Positions 62,573 through 64,000 of a stretch of DNA of 64,000 nucleotides are shown here, piece by piece. The DNA lies in contig JBGSYQ010000529.1 in NCBI GenBank assembly GCA_041750795.1, positions 612 through 64,611 on the forward strand. The letters run 5' to 3'. Numbering within the stretch: the stretch's first letter is position 1; the number at the start of each line of letters is the position of its first letter. Source of the stretch: Pirellulales bacterium. Its GTDB lineage: Bacteria; Planctomycetota; Planctomycetia; Pirellulales; PALSA-1355. Below the pieces are notes generated by a model. That model saw only the letters and a program-made list of their open reading frames with translations, searched no databases and was not told the DNA's origin. The position numbers and the translations under genes are program-made.

Positions 62573-64000
62573 ATGTCGATGCCGAACTTGCTGTTGACGA
62601 CCATTTTGCTGCCGCTGGCCGGCTCGCTGGCGATTTGCGCCATCGGGCGCGACGCCCGGGCCGCCCGGGCGACGGCGCTGCTCGTGTCGCTGGCAACGTT
62701 ACTCGCGACGGCCGTCCTGTTGTGCAACTATGCGCCCGGCGACGAGTCGTTTGCCGCGTGGAGCTATGCCTGGCTGGGCGAGACCTCGGCCGTAGACATC
62801 CGCTTCGACGTGGCGCTCGACGGCATCAGCCTGTGGCTGTTTGGTCTTTCGTCGCTTTTGCTGCTGACGTGCGTGCTGTTGAGTTGGGACGCCGTCGCCG
62901 ATCGGCCGGGGACGTACTATGCGCTGTTGTTGTTGTTGGGCTCGGGCATGTTGGGCGTGTTCGCCGCCCGCGACATCATCCTGTTTTATGTCTTCTTCGA
63001 GTTCACGCTCATTCCGCTGTTTCTGTTGATTGGCATGTGGGGGCACGAAGACCGGCAGTACGCCGCGACGAAGTTCTTCATTTATACGCTGGCCGGCAGC
63101 ATGCTGACGTTCTTGGCGCTGTTGTCGATCGTGCTGTGGGACTATTACCACTCGCCGGACGGCGTGATGACATTTTCGATTCCGCAATTGACGGCCGGAC
63201 TGGCGGCGCGGCCGATTGCACAGCCTTATCAGTTGTGGATCTTCCTGGGATTGTTTGCCGGCTTTGCCATCAAGGTGCCGCTGTTTCCGCTGCACACCTG
63301 GCTGCCGCTGGCCCATACGCAGGCTCCCTCGGCCGGCAGCGTGCTGCTGGCGGGCATTTTGCTGAAGATCGGCACCTATGGCTTTCTGCGATTCAGCATC
63401 CCGATGCTGCCCGAGGCCACGGTCACGTGCATGCCGTGGATGCTAGCGCTGGCGGTGGCGGGCATCATCTACGGCGCGCTGGCGGCCTTGGCCCAAAGCG
63501 ACATGAAGCGGCTGATCGCCTATTCCAGCGTGAGCCACCTGGGCTTTGTCATGCTGGGGCTGTTTGCCTTAACCAGCGTCAGCATGGAGGGGGGCGTGCT
63601 GCAGATGATCAATCACGGCCTGTCCACCGGCGGACTGTTCGCCGTGGTCGGCATGGTCTACGAGCGCTATCACACGCGGCAGATCAGCGAACTGAGCGGC
63701 CTGGCTCGCCAGGCGCCGTGGCTGGCGTTCTTTTTCCTGCTGTTCACGTTGTCGAGCATCGGGTTGCCGGGTTTGAACGGCTTTGCCGGCGAGTTCCTGG
63801 TTCTGATTGGCATGTTCCAGCGGGCCTTTGCGCTGGAGGCCTCGAACGCGGCCGTGGCGCTTGCCTACAAGGTGATCGCCGTGCTGGCCGTTTTTGGCGT
63901 GGTGTTGGGCGCGTGGTACATGCTGTGGCTGGTGCAACGGGTGTTCTTTGGCGCGCCGCGCGAGTCACAGCACGAACACGCGGCGCAGCCGCCGCGCGAT
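62573..64000 (+). CDS. nuoM: NADH-quinone oxidoreductase subunit M (3' end beyond the window)
   Basis: The frame is open from ATG 62573 to the window edge, so it is absent from the ORF track (no stop). My own translation gives FFEFTLIPLFLLIGMWG, KVPLFPLHTWLPLAHTQAPSAGSVLLAGILLKIGTYG and INHGLSTGGLF. Confidence 0.88.
   Translation, partial: MSMPNLLLTTILLPLAGSLAICAIGRDARAARATALLVSLATLLATAVLLCNYAPGDESFAAWSYAWLGETSAVDIRFDVALDGISLWLFGLSSLLLLTCVLLSWDAVADRPGTYYALLLLLGSGMLGVFAARDIILFYVFFEFTLIPLFLLIGMWGHEDRQYAATKFFIYTLAGSMLTFLALLSIVLWDYYHSPDGVMTFSIPQLTAGLAARPIAQPYQLWIFLGLFAGFAIKVPLFPLHTWLPLAHTQAPSAGSVLLAGILLKIGTYGFLRFSIPMLPEATVTCMPWMLALAVAGIIYGALAALAQSDMKRLIAYSSVSHLGFVMLGLFALTSVSMEGGVLQMINHGLSTGGLFAVVGMVYERYHTRQISELSGLARQAPWLAFFFLLFTLSSIGLPGLNGFAGEFLVLIGMFQRAFALEASNAAVALAYKVIAVLAVFGVVLGAWYMLWLVQRVFFGAPRESQHEHAAQPPRD

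Noticed and set aside
1-64000. I searched the whole window for tRNA T-arm signatures (GGTTCGAATCC and its complement), RNase P (GGAAAGTCCGG), SRP RNA (GGTCCGGAAGG), CRISPR-like spaced repeats, transposase/integrase ORFs and phage-like genes.
   Set aside because: None was found by eye. The only GGTTCGAA-type strings (e.g. 62536-62545, 19630-19640) sit inside coding sequence without cloverleaf context. A proper tRNAscan-SE / Infernal / ISfinder run would be needed to exclude them formally.

Overview
The window is visibly GC-rich (roughly two-thirds G+C by eye, not computed), densely coding bacterial chromosomal DNA. I call about 47 protein genes and recognise no rRNA, tRNA, CRISPR array, transposase or integrase. 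Most of the content is housekeeping. In order it holds: nadB; an ABC-2 transporter triad (ATPase, fused GldF/GldG-like permease, DUF4340-like protein); a minus-strand group of DUF971, a cysteine-desulfurase-like class V enzyme, a DUF1445 hydro-lyase and a PaaK-like ligase; an MFS transporter; a fused HyuA/HyuB 5-oxoprolinase; two tandem TPR plus GT9-like proteins; a PQQ-like beta-propeller; an FHA-GAF-AAA+ sigma-54-type activator; cbiX; an S41 tail-specific protease; two methyltransferases; three MBL-fold hydrolases; a very long secA; waaA(kdtA); metK; a D-aminoacylase-family amidohydrolase; a PhyH dioxygenase; two sugar-nucleotide pyrophosphorylases; ruvX; an M20 peptidase. The last 13 kb is a contiguous nuoA-nuoM complex I operon, and the window ends inside nuoM. 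The lineage is probably Planctomycetota (Pirellulales-like). This is inference only, from the SLRTILL-type N-termini, an LExLExRxMMA motif, the 1232-aa SecA, the FHA-sigma54 activator and the GldG/DUF4340 triad. I do not see a convincing defence island, mobile element or clearly novel multi-gene machine. The items most worth a second look are: (1) a perfect 16-bp terminator-like inverted repeat read through in frame by an ORF (37180-37226); (2) the nuo leader, with a promoter-like element, a terminator-like hairpin and a perfect TGTGA-N6-TCACA palindrome; (3) inverted triple heptamers in the nuoD-nuoE spacer; (4) a 28-bp perfect direct repeat that duplicates the 3' end of an MBL gene; (5) a translationally overlapped PaaK-like/DUF1445 pair near an oxoprolinase; (6) a co-directional FHA-sigma54 / propeller / TPR-GT9 x2 block whose activator has a non-canonical GAFTGA loop; (7) a 610-nt gene-free spacer with duplicated motifs. 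All family assignments come from motif recognition in the supplied translations, not from database searches. Start codons are often uncertain because the ORF track uses ATG, GTG and TTG.
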